The notes beneath the pieces were generated by a model. The model did not search any database. It saw only the letters and a program-made list of their open reading frames with translations, and had not been told where the DNA came from. The position numbers were made by a program, and so were the translations under genes. A stretch of DNA of 62,894 nt, filler included. It is 9 parts of 9 records of this genome, joined end to end, with 100 filler letters (N's around TTAATTAATTAA, not from the genome) between each part and the next. Parts side by side here need not be neighbours in the genome. Positions count along the whole stretch, not along the records: positions 48,242 to 58,439 come from SRR7504441_3041; positions 58,540 to 62,894 come from SRR7504441_3043; 7 more parts are not named here. One strand, given 5' to 3'. This document shows, piece by piece, positions 48,720 to 59,135 of this stretch (positions within the stretch are counted from its first letter, which is position 1; every line of letters starts with the position of its first letter).

Positions 48720-50461
48720 TCAATCCTCATCCGGCACATCATGAAGCGACGAGTAGCCCGGGCTGGTAATGCCTCGTGCCGCCGCCTCGGACGCCTCCGC
48801 CTCTAGCATCTTGGCGTGCACCGCCCTAATGGTCGCTTCGGCCGCCCCGGGGCTGAGAGTCTCACTGAGCGCCGCCCGGATCGGATCGGGCGAGTCCCAG
48901 AGCGCCTGAAAGTCTCTGTGCAACGTCTCGAGCAGGAAAGGCGGCGGATCCGGGCTGGAAAGCACGCTCGAGATCAAGACTTCCTCGCCGCGCTCAACGA
49001 CCTCCTCCTGCGGGTGGGGTCAGGCCTGGAGACAGCAGTAGCTCACCCGGTCCAGCAGGCCTTGCTCGCCAAGCAGCTGTATCCGCTTGCCCAGGTAGGA
49101 ATGCCATATGTGGATTGCAATAGAATGCTCCTACGGAATGTCAGCGTGCAGCCCCCCGGCTGGACGCACCCGGAGCTCCTGCCATAGCAGTTCGCATACG
49201 CTAGCGGGACAGATGTGCAATTCTTGCTCGGCTGCAAGGCAGTTGAGGCATGTCATGGTCATCAGAAAGTACTCCCGGTCCGCTGTCTCGCCCAGCGGCT
49301 CGCCCACATAGTCCTCCGCATTCGCCCCGTCCTGCCGTCCGCTCAGACTTCCGCCACTTTCCACCAGACCTCGCCGGCCGGTCGGAGTCGGCCTCCCGTA
49401 GCAGGTGGCTTGGGCGTGGGAGGGGCCGGCTGACCATCAAGTCAGCAGCCAGCCCTGCGGCCGGCCACCAGGTGCGGTGTGGGCATGGGCGTCTGCGAGT
49501 TGGCCATGTGGTTGGACTGGCAGAACCCGAGTGGACCAGGGGTCTGCGGCTTTGGCGTGTAAGCCATAGGGGTAGACGGCACACTCCGGCCGCCGGCCGC
49601 GCCTTGCATGTCGTCGAACAGATTCCCGGCCCGGCCGGACGGGGTTCTGCCGCAGCTGACCGACGTGCTCACCTGCCGCGGCTTGCACGCCCCCAGAGCG
49701 CAGTTACCTCGTATTCACCCCGGAGTTGCTTCCTGAGCTCCTCCAGCTCCTCCCGCAGCAGCTGGACTGTCTCCTCTAGCTGAGACTTCTCCCGGGTCAG
49801 GCTGGCCAGCACCTGCCCGAGCTCGGGCTGCGCGACCCGGGGCGGCCACCTTGGCGACGCCCGGAGAGGCCATCAGGTCCTGCAGGGACTGCTCCTTGCC
49901 AGTCTCGTCGCACATCTGCTTGAGCTGGAGCTTGGAATCGGCCAGCTGCTCCTTCAAGCTCTCACTCCGCCGCTCCAGCACTGAGCACTTTCTCTCGAGG
50001 AAGTCCCTCCGCTCTATCACCGGCTGCGCGCACCGGTCGCTCTCTTGCAGCCTGTCCATCGCCGAATGCACTTTGGCCTCCAACGCCCGCTCCCGCTCGG
50101 CTGCCTTGGCCAGCTCGGCGCACAGCCGGTCGTTCTCCTCGATCAGCCGGGACTTGTCGTTCCCGCGCTCGGCCAGCTCGGCCTTGGCGGCCTTGAACTT
50201 CTGGTTCAGCTCGCCTCTGTCCTCGCCCGCTTTGGCCCGCGACTCCTCCAACCCGCGCAGCTCAGCTTCCAGCGACTCGCACCGCCGCTCCACCAGCCGC
50301 TGACGCTCCTCGGCCCGGGTGGCCCGGGTCTCGGTGGCCTGCAGCTCGGATGCCCCGTCGGCGGCCGCCTTTTTGAGCTCCGCGTTCTGGGCGAGGAGCA
50401 TCTGGCCGACCTCGGCGGCCATGCGGAGCTGCTGGTCTTGCATGGTCTCGTCGTCCTCCAT
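48720..50461 (-). CDS. Coiled-coil protein with CC1 box and Spindly-like motif (candidate dynein-dynactin adaptor)
   Basis: LRMAAEVGQMLLAQNAEL at residues 12-29, ~220 aa of coiled coil, then GNLFDDM at residues 255-261 after splicing. Globular C-terminal region. Confidence 0.55.
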
Positions 50462-50661
50462 CGACCCTGCTCGGCCGCCCCCCTGATGCACCCAGCTCAG
50501 GTCTGGCGTCGGCTTAACCATGCAAGTGCGTCGCCCTCGCCACGCAAGGCGCCTGGGTGCAAATCGAAGCAAAAAATGTCGTTGGGTTGAAGCAAGAAAC
50601 GGCACGGTCGCACCCTTGGTGCTCCTTGCGTGCTCTTGGCCCCTTGTGGGTGCGCGCCTGG

Positions 50662-52935
50662 ATGGAAGGGCTGTTCGCGGAGATCCTGGCGGGCCGGCCG
50701 GTGGGGGACTGGCTGCCCAAGCAGGCCGAGCAGCTTCTCGAGCGGCTGGCCGAGCACAAGACCCTGGCCCCACCCGGGCTGCACGGGCTGCCGCTCGACG
50801 TCCAGACCTCGCTCTTCGCCCACCTCTCGCTCATCCTCCGGCACCCGTCGGCGCTCGCGCTCTCCCCGGGGCGGCGCACTGACCTCGGGCTCCCCTGGTT
50901 CCGCGCGGTCGTCGCGGCGCTCGACACACGGAGCAACAGCCTGACCCGGGCGGCCAGCGTGTGCTGCCTGGTGCTGATGCAGCACTACAACGGATTCTGC
51001 CAGTACTTTTACGACGACTACCTGCAGGCGCTCGCCGGGGCGCTCGGAGTGGTCCGGGTGGAAGTGGAGGCTTCTTCGAGCAAGCTGTCTGCCCAGCAGA
51101 GGGTGGCGCACCAGCACGCCGAGGCCTCGCCCGGCTGCGCCCAAAAGTTCTCCCAAGTGGTGCTCCGGGCGCTCGAAAACCCGGACCAGCGGGAGGTGGC
51201 GCTCAAGCTGCTGCTGGTGCTGCTCTCGGCCCGGCCGCAGCTGGCCCACATGGAGCACTTGCTGCTCATCAGCCCGGGCGAGGATCACCTCGGGCTGTTC
51301 GATGCCATCTTGGCCATACTTAAAGGCTCCTCGGGCGAGTACTCGGAGCGGATGGTCGCGGCTGCCCAGTGGTGCGCGGCGGTGGCGGTGCCACTGCTCG
51401 GGTACGAGCAGTGCTCAGCCCGGCTGCCGGACTTGCTGTGCTGCCTTAAAGTCTGCCTCTGCGACGGGGACTGGGTGCCAGAGCGGTCACCGGACCGGGC
51501 TGCCGGGCTGCAGGTGCCGGCCGGCTGCCGCACTTGTCTGAGCGCGCACACAGGCGCTGCTGGGCAACTTGTTTGCGCTGCTGCCTGCTAGTATCTTCCA
51601 GTTTCTGTGCTTTGAGTCCCTCGCTGACAGCTGCGGGCTGGATTTTCGGGCCCGGCTGCGGCCGTACTTGCGCGGCCTGCCGCTTCACCCGGTGGGCCGG
51701 CTGGCTGGGCCGTCTGAGCTCGAGGCAGGTGCTGCTCTCTCAGCCGCTCGCTGATGTGATGGAATTGCTCACCGAGCAGGAGAGCCACAGGCAGGGCCAG
51801 CCCGATTGTGAGTGGGTGGAGTGGTCAGCTCGCGAGCTGCACCACCAGGCCGCCGCGGCCAGCTTCATCGCGCCGTCCAGCTTCGCCCAGATGCGGTCTG
51901 CCGACAGAGTGCAGCATGAACAGCAGTTGGAGCACCACAAGCGTCGGTGGTGCTCTGTTCTTGCCAGGCGGGAGCAGAGAGCCGACGCAGCCAGTGCGGA
52001 GATGGCGGCTGTCCAGGAGCAGTGCGAGGCGCTCGAGAAGGAGGTAGCAGGCTATTGGTGCTCCAGCTAACGGGTGGGTAGTTGGAGCAGACGCGGGGGC
52101 AACTGAGCCAGCAGCACGAGCTCGCAGAGAGCACCGCCATGGCCCGGCGGGCGGGCGAGGCTGCGCTGAGCGGCCAGCTGCTCTCGGCCGAGCAGCGGAT
52201 AGATGGGCTGCAGATAGAGCTAGAAGAGCTCAACCAGCGGGAGGCCGAGCGGGTGCAGTGGCAGCAGCAGCAGCAGACTCGCCAGACCCGGTGCGCCCGA
52301 GCCTGGCCCTGTCGAGCCATTGGCAGCGAGGGGGCGCTGTCGGTGCTGGTGCACGCGCACGAGGCCAAGATAGACCAGCTGCAGCGCGAGAGCGATAAGT
52401 GGCGCGCCGAGGCGACCAGCCTGAGGATGATTGGGCATGCTGCTCGGGACGAGGCAGCTCAGCTCCGGCACGAGGAGCTCCATGCCCAGCTGGGTGGCTG
52501 CCTGAGGCCGCAGCACGGGGGCGACGCGCTGGTCCGGCTGCACGAGAGCGCGAGGGCCCAGCTGCGGCAGGCTGAGCAGACGGCCGCAGAGCAGTTGGTG
52601 CAGGCCCAGGAGCTGGACCAAGGGAAGGCTCGAGTGGCACACTTGGAGAGCCAGCTGCAGGAGAGGGACACTGAGCTCGAAACCGTCCGTCAGGCGGCGG
52701 CGGCCGAGTTGGCAGCGGCCAAGCGGCAGACTGCGGACGCGGAGGAGGGATATGCGGAGCTGATGCAAAGGTGCGCACGTTGGGGCTGGGGGTTGCTGGA
52801 CGCGGGGGTAGGTTTGCACGGCTGGAGGCTGAGCATCAGGGTCTTCATGCTAAGATGGAGGGCTATTTCCAAGACGGGGCTTATGAACGTGTCGGGCTTC
52901 GTGCTGATTCACGCTCAGTCTCTAGTCATAATTAA
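50662..52935 (+). CDS. TSC1/hamartin-like protein
   Basis: Helical N-domain with ALLGNLFALLPASIFQFL...FRARLRPYLRGLPLHP|VLL, then a long C-terminal coiled coil. Last exon ends at 52935. Confidence 0.6.
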
Positions 52936-53052
52936 GTATCACGTATTATCACGTATTGATTTCAATCAATACATGTATTGTATAGTACTCGTAATATCGA
53001 TCATGATCATGAGCTTCTCATAAGCTCCTCACGCTTGGATCGTGTGTTTGGG

Positions 53053-55092
53053 TTATGTTTTGGTTATTTTGAGGTGTCTGGAAACACACGCTTTAAGTGC
53101 ATCTTGCGCTTCGATTGGAGTGACCGCGAACATATTCGGTTGATTTGGCCCTCCCGCCCTAGCCCAATCGTGGGCAACTTGCGAGACAGCTTTGAGTCCA
53201 GTGATTTTGCACTTGAATGTGGTCTCTACATACACCGTGTCCCTTTCTTCAGGGCCATCTTCCTGCCTATTCCATCGTCTGCAACTGAGCGCCCAGTCAT
53301 GGGCGCCGCATGCCGCGCGTTCTAGATCTGCAATATCAAATGTCATGACACCGCTTGCATCTTCCATCAAGATCAAGCTGCCATCCGGTCTGCGACCCAG
53401 GACAGGGCAACCATTGAAGCTTTGGGGGCAAGCTCCGAAAATCAGATCCAAATCCTTCGGCACATCAACCGACACAAGTCTCGATAGATGGACTCGTCCG
53501 ACTGACTGCTCATCAGAGTCCCTGCGTACCACCACGTCGCCTTTTCGATTGGCACTGCTAATCACCACACCAGTGTCGCCCAGTGCCATCTTTCCCTCAA
53601 GATCTGCCATAGCCTGGACGTGCGAGCCGCTTTGTATATTGCGGAACCAGATGTCGCTTGGTCGCACTGCTCCATGTTGCGCAAAGAGATGTTCGTCCAG
53701 TTCACAAGAGTACCAGTTAGTGCCAAGTCGATCGTTGCTTTCGCGCCAGCCTGGAAGTAAAGGTAAATCCTGAGGACGATGTTTGGCTAGAGGTGCAGCC
53801 AGTAGCCCGAGGAAGTACAGCCAACTGGCCTTGGCGCTGGGCTGCCCTTCAAACCCCATTTCCTGACAAGTAATAGCAGCTGCCGCCTCGCTGTGTGCCC
53901 GCCACTTCAACTGCACGCAAGCACAGGTCGATATGAACTTCGGGCTTTGCAGCCTGAGCAGCAGGTTGGTGAACAGGTGTGGATCCTCCTGAAACTTTGT
54001 GAACGGAGATGCTGCTTTCGCTGTCGTCAGCAAAAGCGGCTCGATGCATTCCCAGCAGACCTTTAGTGGCGATTGCTCTTCAAACTTGCCGATGTCGAGT
54101 TGAGCAAACAGTGAGGCCACGCGAGTCCCAGCCTCCTCCTTGCACTGCCGTAAAAACTCACCGAGCTCACTTGGCCCTTCCAGCCTCGGAATGGCCTCCA
54201 GCTCGCCCGCAAAGTTTTCAGCCTGGAACTGCCCGGCGTCCTCCCAGCCCTGAGCTACAAATCCTGCTGGGATGCGCAGCACGATGCAGTCTATCAGCAT
54301 CGAGCTAGTGTGACTCAGAACGCAATCAGCCACCTGAAGCAGCTCAAAGTTGTCCAGTCCTGCACCGCTCGGCTCCAGCCGAGCCGGCACACCCGCCTGG
54401 CCGCACCACTGGGCCATCGAATCAAGCAGAGCAGGCGAGCTACGTGGATGCGCTCTGACAAGCACTGTCACCGCATCCTGGGCTCCGGCTGCAAACCTGG
54501 CCACGCCATCCAGAACGGCCTTGAGCATCTGTATGGCCGTTTCAGCCGTCACCCGGAGCCCAGGCTCCTCTGGACAGGCCAAGTAGCACACGAGCAGCTG
54601 GCCGGGATCACAGCAGCTGAGACGGGCAGACGCCGCCGCGTCGGGAGTGAGCCGCGGCCGGAGCGCGAGCTGTTCGAGATGTGGGCTGCCGGCCACCACC
54701 ACCCTGGGGTGCAGCCCCCCGGCCACGAACAGCTGGGTCACCCGCCGGGCGCACTGCGCGTCGGGCACCAGGTACAGGTTGGCCGTGTGCTCGGGCTCCA
54801 CCGGGGTCAGTTTCTGCTGGGCCACAAGGCCGGCCGGCAGGTCGAGAACCTGTATGGTCGGCAGCCCGAGCCGGTTGGCCTCGGCCAGCCAAGGCCGCTC
54901 GGCCTGGTTGGTGCTGCTCCCGGCCACCAGGCAGCCGCACCCACAAAGGTCGACCGGCCCTGGGGCCGCCCGGAGGTCGACCAGACGGCAGGCCCGGCCC
55001 GCGGCCCGCACACGGGCCACCACTGGGGCCAGCGCGTTACGCGCGCCCGGGTCGTGGGCCACGCAGACGCAGCCGCAGCCGTCCGGGTCCAT
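53053..55092 (-). CDS. GT-B-fold glycosyltransferase-like domain fused to an F-box-like motif and an unknown C-terminal domain
   Basis: AHDPGARN, GLPTIQVLD, VVAGSPHLE, VRAHPR and LLQVADCVLSHTSSMLID, then DPHLFTNLLLRL...CACVQLKWR. Likely start at 55092. Confidence 0.6.
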   Translation of the reverse strand: MDPDGCGCVCVAHDPGARNALAPVVARVRAAGRACRLVDLRAAPGPVDLCGCGCLVAGSSTNQAERPWLAEANRLGLPTIQVLDLPAGLVAQQKLTPVEPEHTANLYLVPDAQCARRVTQLFVAGGLHPRVVVAGSPHLEQLALRPRLTPDAAASARLSCCDPGQLLVCYLACPEEPGLRVTAETAIQMLKAVLDGVARFAAGAQDAVTVLVRAHPRSSPALLDSMAQWCGQAGVPARLEPSGAGLDNFELLQVADCVLSHTSSMLIDCIVLRIPAGFVAQGWEDAGQFQAENFAGELEAIPRLEGPSELGEFLRQCKEEAGTRVASLFAQLDIGKFEEQSPLKVCWECIEPLLLTTAKAASPFTKFQEDPHLFTNLLLRLQSPKFISTCACVQLKWRAHSEAAAAITCQEMGFEGQPSAKASWLYFLGLLAAPLAKHRPQDLPLLPGWRESNDRLGTNWYSCELDEHLFAQHGAVRPSDIWFRNIQSGSHVQAMADLEGKMALGDTGVVISSANRKGDVVVRRDSDEQSVGRVHLSRLVSVDVPKDLDLIFGACPQSFNGCPVLGRRPDGSLILMEDASGVMTFDIADLERAACGAHDWALSCRRWNRQEDGPEERDTVYVETTFKCKITGLKAVSQVAHDWARAGGPNQPNMFAVTPIEAQDALKACVSRHLKITKT

Positions 55093-55160
55093 CGGGGTCC
55101 CCGACTCTGAATAACGGACGCGAGAGCTGTTCTCAACCCACAACTGAACTCCACAGACAG

Positions 55161-58100
55161 ATGGTTTCTCGACTGACTCGAGTGCTTGGGCGTGCTGTCG
55201 CCCTTCTGGTCGGGGCCTCAGCGCTTCCATTCGACGCAGACTGGCGGTTCCAGCGCGGGGACAACTCCGGCTGGTCACAGCCGGGGCTCGACGACTCCGG
55301 CTGGCGACGGCTGGACGTGCCGCACGACTGGGGGATCGAGGATCTGCCACCCCGCGACCAAGACCCGGTGGCCCCAGTGCTCTCGGTCCGCTACGGCCGG
55401 TGGCGGTTCCACAAGGGGGACAACTCAAGCTGGGCCCAGCCCGGAGCCGACGATGCTGACTGGGAGCAGATCGAGGGCGGGCAAGACTGGCGGGTGGCCG
55501 CTAAGTATTCGGACAAGGCGGCCGTCGGCTGGTACCGCCGGACCGTGGACGCCAACGAGCTGCTGCGCGGCTCGAATGCCACCCGGCTCGGGCTCGGGGT
55601 GGTGTCGGGCACAGATGAGACGTATGTCAACGGACAGCAGGTCGGGAGCACCGGCAGGTGGGGCCAACCCGGCTGCGCCGATTACGAGACCTGGCGCAAC
55701 TACCTGATCCCCCAGGGCTTGCTCAAGCCGACCGGGAACGTGGTCGCGGTCCGGGCATTCACCCAGGGCGGTGCCGGCACGGATGCGGACGGCACCTACC
55801 CCGGTGGCCTGTATGACGATCCAAAGCTCAAGGATGCGGATGTGCGCTCCGGGCCGTTTGACGCCTCGTCCTCGCTCAATGGCCGTTCGTACGGATATAC
55901 TGTGGGTGGCACATCGTGGTACAGGAAGCATTTCAAGCTCGAGTGCGGTCAGTGCGCAGGATCGGTGGTTCGGCTGCAATTCGACGGAGTATACATGAAC
56001 TCAGACATGTGGATCAACGGACATTTTCTGGGCAACCACCCGTATGGCTACACCTCGTTTGCCTACCAGCTACCCGCGGAGGCGCTGGCTGCGGCTGGGC
56101 AGGAGAATGTTCTGGCTGTTCGTGTGAACAATGCGGGTCGGAACTCACGGTGGTATTCGGGCTCGGGCATCTTCAGGCACACCTTTCTCAGTGTGCTGCC
56201 CGGGCTGCACTTCGGACTGTGGGGACTGCACGTTGCCACCCCAGCCATCAGCCCATCTGCAGGTCAGGTCGCGCTTGCTGTCACGCTCGAGAGCTCTAGC
56301 ACCAACGCGGCTGGCACCGTCAAACTCACTCTGCTCACATCGGATGGCAGCACCGCAGCTTCCGGCTCGATGGCGGTGCAAGGCGCGGGCACCAGCCGGA
56401 TGAACCTGACTGTGGCCAAGCCAGCCCTCTGGTCCCCCGACTCGCCCACTCTATACACTGCGGTTGCTGAGTTGGAGACCACTCAACAGGATTACGAAGA
56501 GCCTGCTGTGCTGCGGAGCACATTCGGCTTCCGGACAATTTCGTTCGACACGAGTGATGGGTTCAAAATTAATGGGGTAACCACCAAGCTTTACGGCGGC
56601 TGCTTGCATCATGACAACGGGCCTCTGGGGTCCAAGGCAATTGATCGTGCCGAAGAACGACGAGTGCAGCTCCTAAAGGCCAATGGATACAACGCTATCC
56701 GCACCAGCCACAACCCAGTGAGCCCGGCGTTCCTCGACGCGTGTGACCGGGAAGGCGTGATGGTGATGGACGAAGCATTCGACTGCTGGGCTGAAGGGAA
56801 GAACACGGATGATTACCATGTCTGGTTCAATCAGTGGTGGCAGCGCGACATTGCGAGCATGGTGCTGCGTGACAGGAATCACCCGAGCGTGATAATGTGG
56901 TCAATCGGCAACGAAATTCCAATGCGCGCCACCCAGGCCGGGTACAATCTGTCGCACGTACTGTCAGATTATGTGCGGAGCCTAGACAGTGGCTCTGGCA
57001 GAGCAGTCACCTCTGCCTATCCTGGTGTCTCTGACGCTGCTGATCAATTCTTCGCGCCACTGGAGGTAGCCGGGTACAACTACTCGCCTCAAAGGTACGT
57101 CTCAGACCACAAGCGGGTGCCTTCTCGGGTGATGGTTGGGACCGAGTCGTTCCCGAAGGACTCGTTCCAGATGTGGGATCTGGCCTGGCAGAACAGCTGG
57201 GTGCTGGGAGACTTCATCTGGACCAGCTTCGACTATATTGGCGAGTCCGACATTGGGTTCGAGTCGGAGTCTGGCGACGTGGACCAGTGCAGCCAGGAAC
57301 CTTTCCCGTGGCATATCAGCTTCTGCGGCGACATCGACAACGCTGGCCAGCAGAAGCCACAAGCGTACTACCGGCGGGTGCTGTGGGGTGTGAGTACTAT
57401 TGAGATGGCGGTTCACCAGCCGCTCCTACCTGGACACACGGAGGCAGTCGGTGGCTGGGGCTGGCCGGAGGAGCGGCAGAGCTGGAGCTGGCCCGGGTCT
57501 GAAGGCCAGAACCTGACGGTCAATGTTTATGCTAAAGGCGGTCCGAAGCACTCCCCCAACAGCAGCTGCACCCAGGTTGAGCTGTACCTCAACGACAAGC
57601 TTGTCAACCGGATGCCTGTTGGGTACAGCCAGCAGTTTACTGCTTCGAGCCAAGTCACCTACACCCCAGGAAGCATCAAGGCCGTCTGTCTTGGCGGTGC
57701 CTCCAATGCAGCCCTTGGCGTAACGGAGTACAAGACTGCTGGGCCTCCTGCCCGGATCGAGCTAGTAGCCGATCGCTCGTCCATTCAGCATTCAAGGGAC
57801 GATTTGTCCTATGTCACCGCCAAGGTGCTCGATGCCAACGGCGTGCTTGTGCCCGACGCGGCTCTCAAGTTGGAGTTCTCCCTTGGAAGTGGCTCAGCCG
57901 GAGAGATCGCGGCCGTCGGCAATGGCGACCCTCAAGATATTTCGAGCCATCAGGCCAACTTTCGCACCACGTGGCGAGGCAAGGCTCTCGTCGTTCTTCG
58001 GCCCGTCGGAGATAAGCCAGGCTCGATTAGACTGAGCGCCGCCTACTCGGGGGGGCACTCGGGGCTGCCGACAGCCACCATTGAGGTGACTACGAGTACC

Positions 58101-58283
58101 AAAGAGGCCACTGCCGATCCCGCATGTTGCTTCTGCTCCGCCGGCGGCGAAGGAGATGGCGCGTGCCTCACGGTCGACGCCTGCAGGGCGCGTGCGCTGG
58201 ACGGGTACAAGTGCAGCCCAGGCGACGGTGGGTGCAAGTGGGGGCCCGGCGGCGCTATCGACCCGCAGCCGGCCTGCCATTAG
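55161..58283 (+). CDS. Secreted GH2 beta-galactosidase-like glycoside hydrolase
   Basis: Signal peptide MVSRLTRVLGRAVALLVGASA. Motifs FDGVYMN, SRWYSGSGIFR, NAIRTSHNP, WSIGNE (acid/base) and GTES (nucleophile). Cys-rich tail; intronless. Confidence 0.93.
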   Translation: MVSRLTRVLGRAVALLVGASALPFDADWRFQRGDNSGWSQPGLDDSGWRRLDVPHDWGIEDLPPRDQDPVAPVLSVRYGRWRFHKGDNSSWAQPGADDADWEQIEGGQDWRVAAKYSDKAAVGWYRRTVDANELLRGSNATRLGLGVVSGTDETYVNGQQVGSTGRWGQPGCADYETWRNYLIPQGLLKPTGNVVAVRAFTQGGAGTDADGTYPGGLYDDPKLKDADVRSGPFDASSSLNGRSYGYTVGGTSWYRKHFKLECGQCAGSVVRLQFDGVYMNSDMWINGHFLGNHPYGYTSFAYQLPAEALAAAGQENVLAVRVNNAGRNSRWYSGSGIFRHTFLSVLPGLHFGLWGLHVATPAISPSAGQVALAVTLESSSTNAAGTVKLTLLTSDGSTAASGSMAVQGAGTSRMNLTVAKPALWSPDSPTLYTAVAELETTQQDYEEPAVLRSTFGFRTISFDTSDGFKINGVTTKLYGGCLHHDNGPLGSKAIDRAEERRVQLLKANGYNAIRTSHNPVSPAFLDACDREGVMVMDEAFDCWAEGKNTDDYHVWFNQWWQRDIASMVLRDRNHPSVIMWSIGNEIPMRATQAGYNLSHVLSDYVRSLDSGSGRAVTSAYPGVSDAADQFFAPLEVAGYNYSPQRYVSDHKRVPSRVMVGTESFPKDSFQMWDLAWQNSWVLGDFIWTSFDYIGESDIGFESESGDVDQCSQEPFPWHISFCGDIDNAGQQKPQAYYRRVLWGVSTIEMAVHQPLLPGHTEAVGGWGWPEERQSWSWPGSEGQNLTVNVYAKGGPKHSPNSSCTQVELYLNDKLVNRMPVGYSQQFTASSQVTYTPGSIKAVCLGGASNAALGVTEYKTAGPPARIELVADRSSIQHSRDDLSYVTAKVLDANGVLVPDAALKLEFSLGSGSAGEIAAVGNGDPQDISSHQANFRTTWRGKALVVLRPVGDKPGSIRLSAAYSGGHSGLPTATIEVTTSTKEATADPACCFCSAGGEGDGACLTVDACRARALDGYKCSPGDGGCKWGPGGAIDPQPACH

Positions 58284-58439
58284 TAGACCCAACGGCAAAG
58301 TCTTGACTTGAGTTCAACCCTCACAAGACCAGATAGACCGGTTGGTGGCAAAGGGTTTTCAAACGTAGGAGGTCAGTATTGCTATTCTTATCTAAAGACA
58401 TGCAGCTGATGCGTCGATCTCTCAGATCGGGGATGCCGA

Positions 58440-58539
58440 NNNNNNNNNNNNNNNNNNNNNNNNNNNNNNNNNNNNNNNNNNNNTTAATTAATTAANNNNN
58501 NNNNNNNNNNNNNNNNNNNNNNNNNNNNNNNNNNNNNNN
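58440..58539. other. Artificial contig linker
   Basis: N-TTAATTAATTAA-N, 100 nt. Confidence 0.98.
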
Positions 58540-58627
58540 CTCAGGAATCTCTCTAGTCCAGAGCCCATGGGCTCTCAAGGGAAAATAAAATTCGTGCGCA
58601 AATCGTACTGGAGTCGTTAATCTAAAG

Positions 58628-59135
58628 ATGCCAAAGCATGGGCTGCCGTCTGTCCCGCGGCCGCAGGCGGCCAAGCGCAAGCAAAAGAGGAAGCAGCTGG
58701 CAGCAGAGTTCCAGCCGGTGCCCGATGCTGAGGCGCGCACGGCGGTCCAATGGTTTCACCGCTGCGGTGCCCCGAACGCCGAGATCGAGGAGCGGACCAA
58801 GCTCAGCCACGACTTCGTCTGGAGGTGGGCTCGCCGGCCCCACACCCGCACACGGACCGGCCGAGGCCCGGGAAAGCTCATTGACCTCACCAAAGCCCGA
58901 GAGCTTGCGGGAGCAGTCGTCAAAGTAAGGTTCGCCAACGCATGCAGAGAAGCTTCGCCCAGAGGTGGTCAATCCGGACACGAACAGGAAGGTCTGTGCG
59001 AACACCATCACGGATGCTCTGAAGCGGGTCGGGGCGGCCAATGTCAAGGTGCTGAAGGGGCAGATCCTCACGGCCAACCAGAAGGCCAAGAGGCTCGCGT
59101 GTATGGTGGGAATTAGAGCAGCAGACAATCCGTAA
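58628..59135 (+). mobile_element. Degenerate Tc1/mariner (IS630 superfamily) transposase N-terminal fragment
   Basis: HTH-like NAEIEERTKLSHDFVWRW and a GRGPGK linker. After a frameshift near 58941: VCANTITDALKRVG...KGQILTANQKAKRL. No DDE domain. Confidence 0.6.

Noticed and set aside
54681-55428. N-terminal extensions making the GH2 (1200 aa) and GT-B (791 aa) ORFs overlap
   Set aside because: Each extension is the antisense of the other gene. Plausible starts are 55161 (signal peptide) and 55092.
7454-58539. TTAATTAATTAA repeated eight times between N-runs
   Set aside because: Identical 100-nt synthetic linkers with stops in all six frames. They are not biological, and adjacency across them carries no synteny information.
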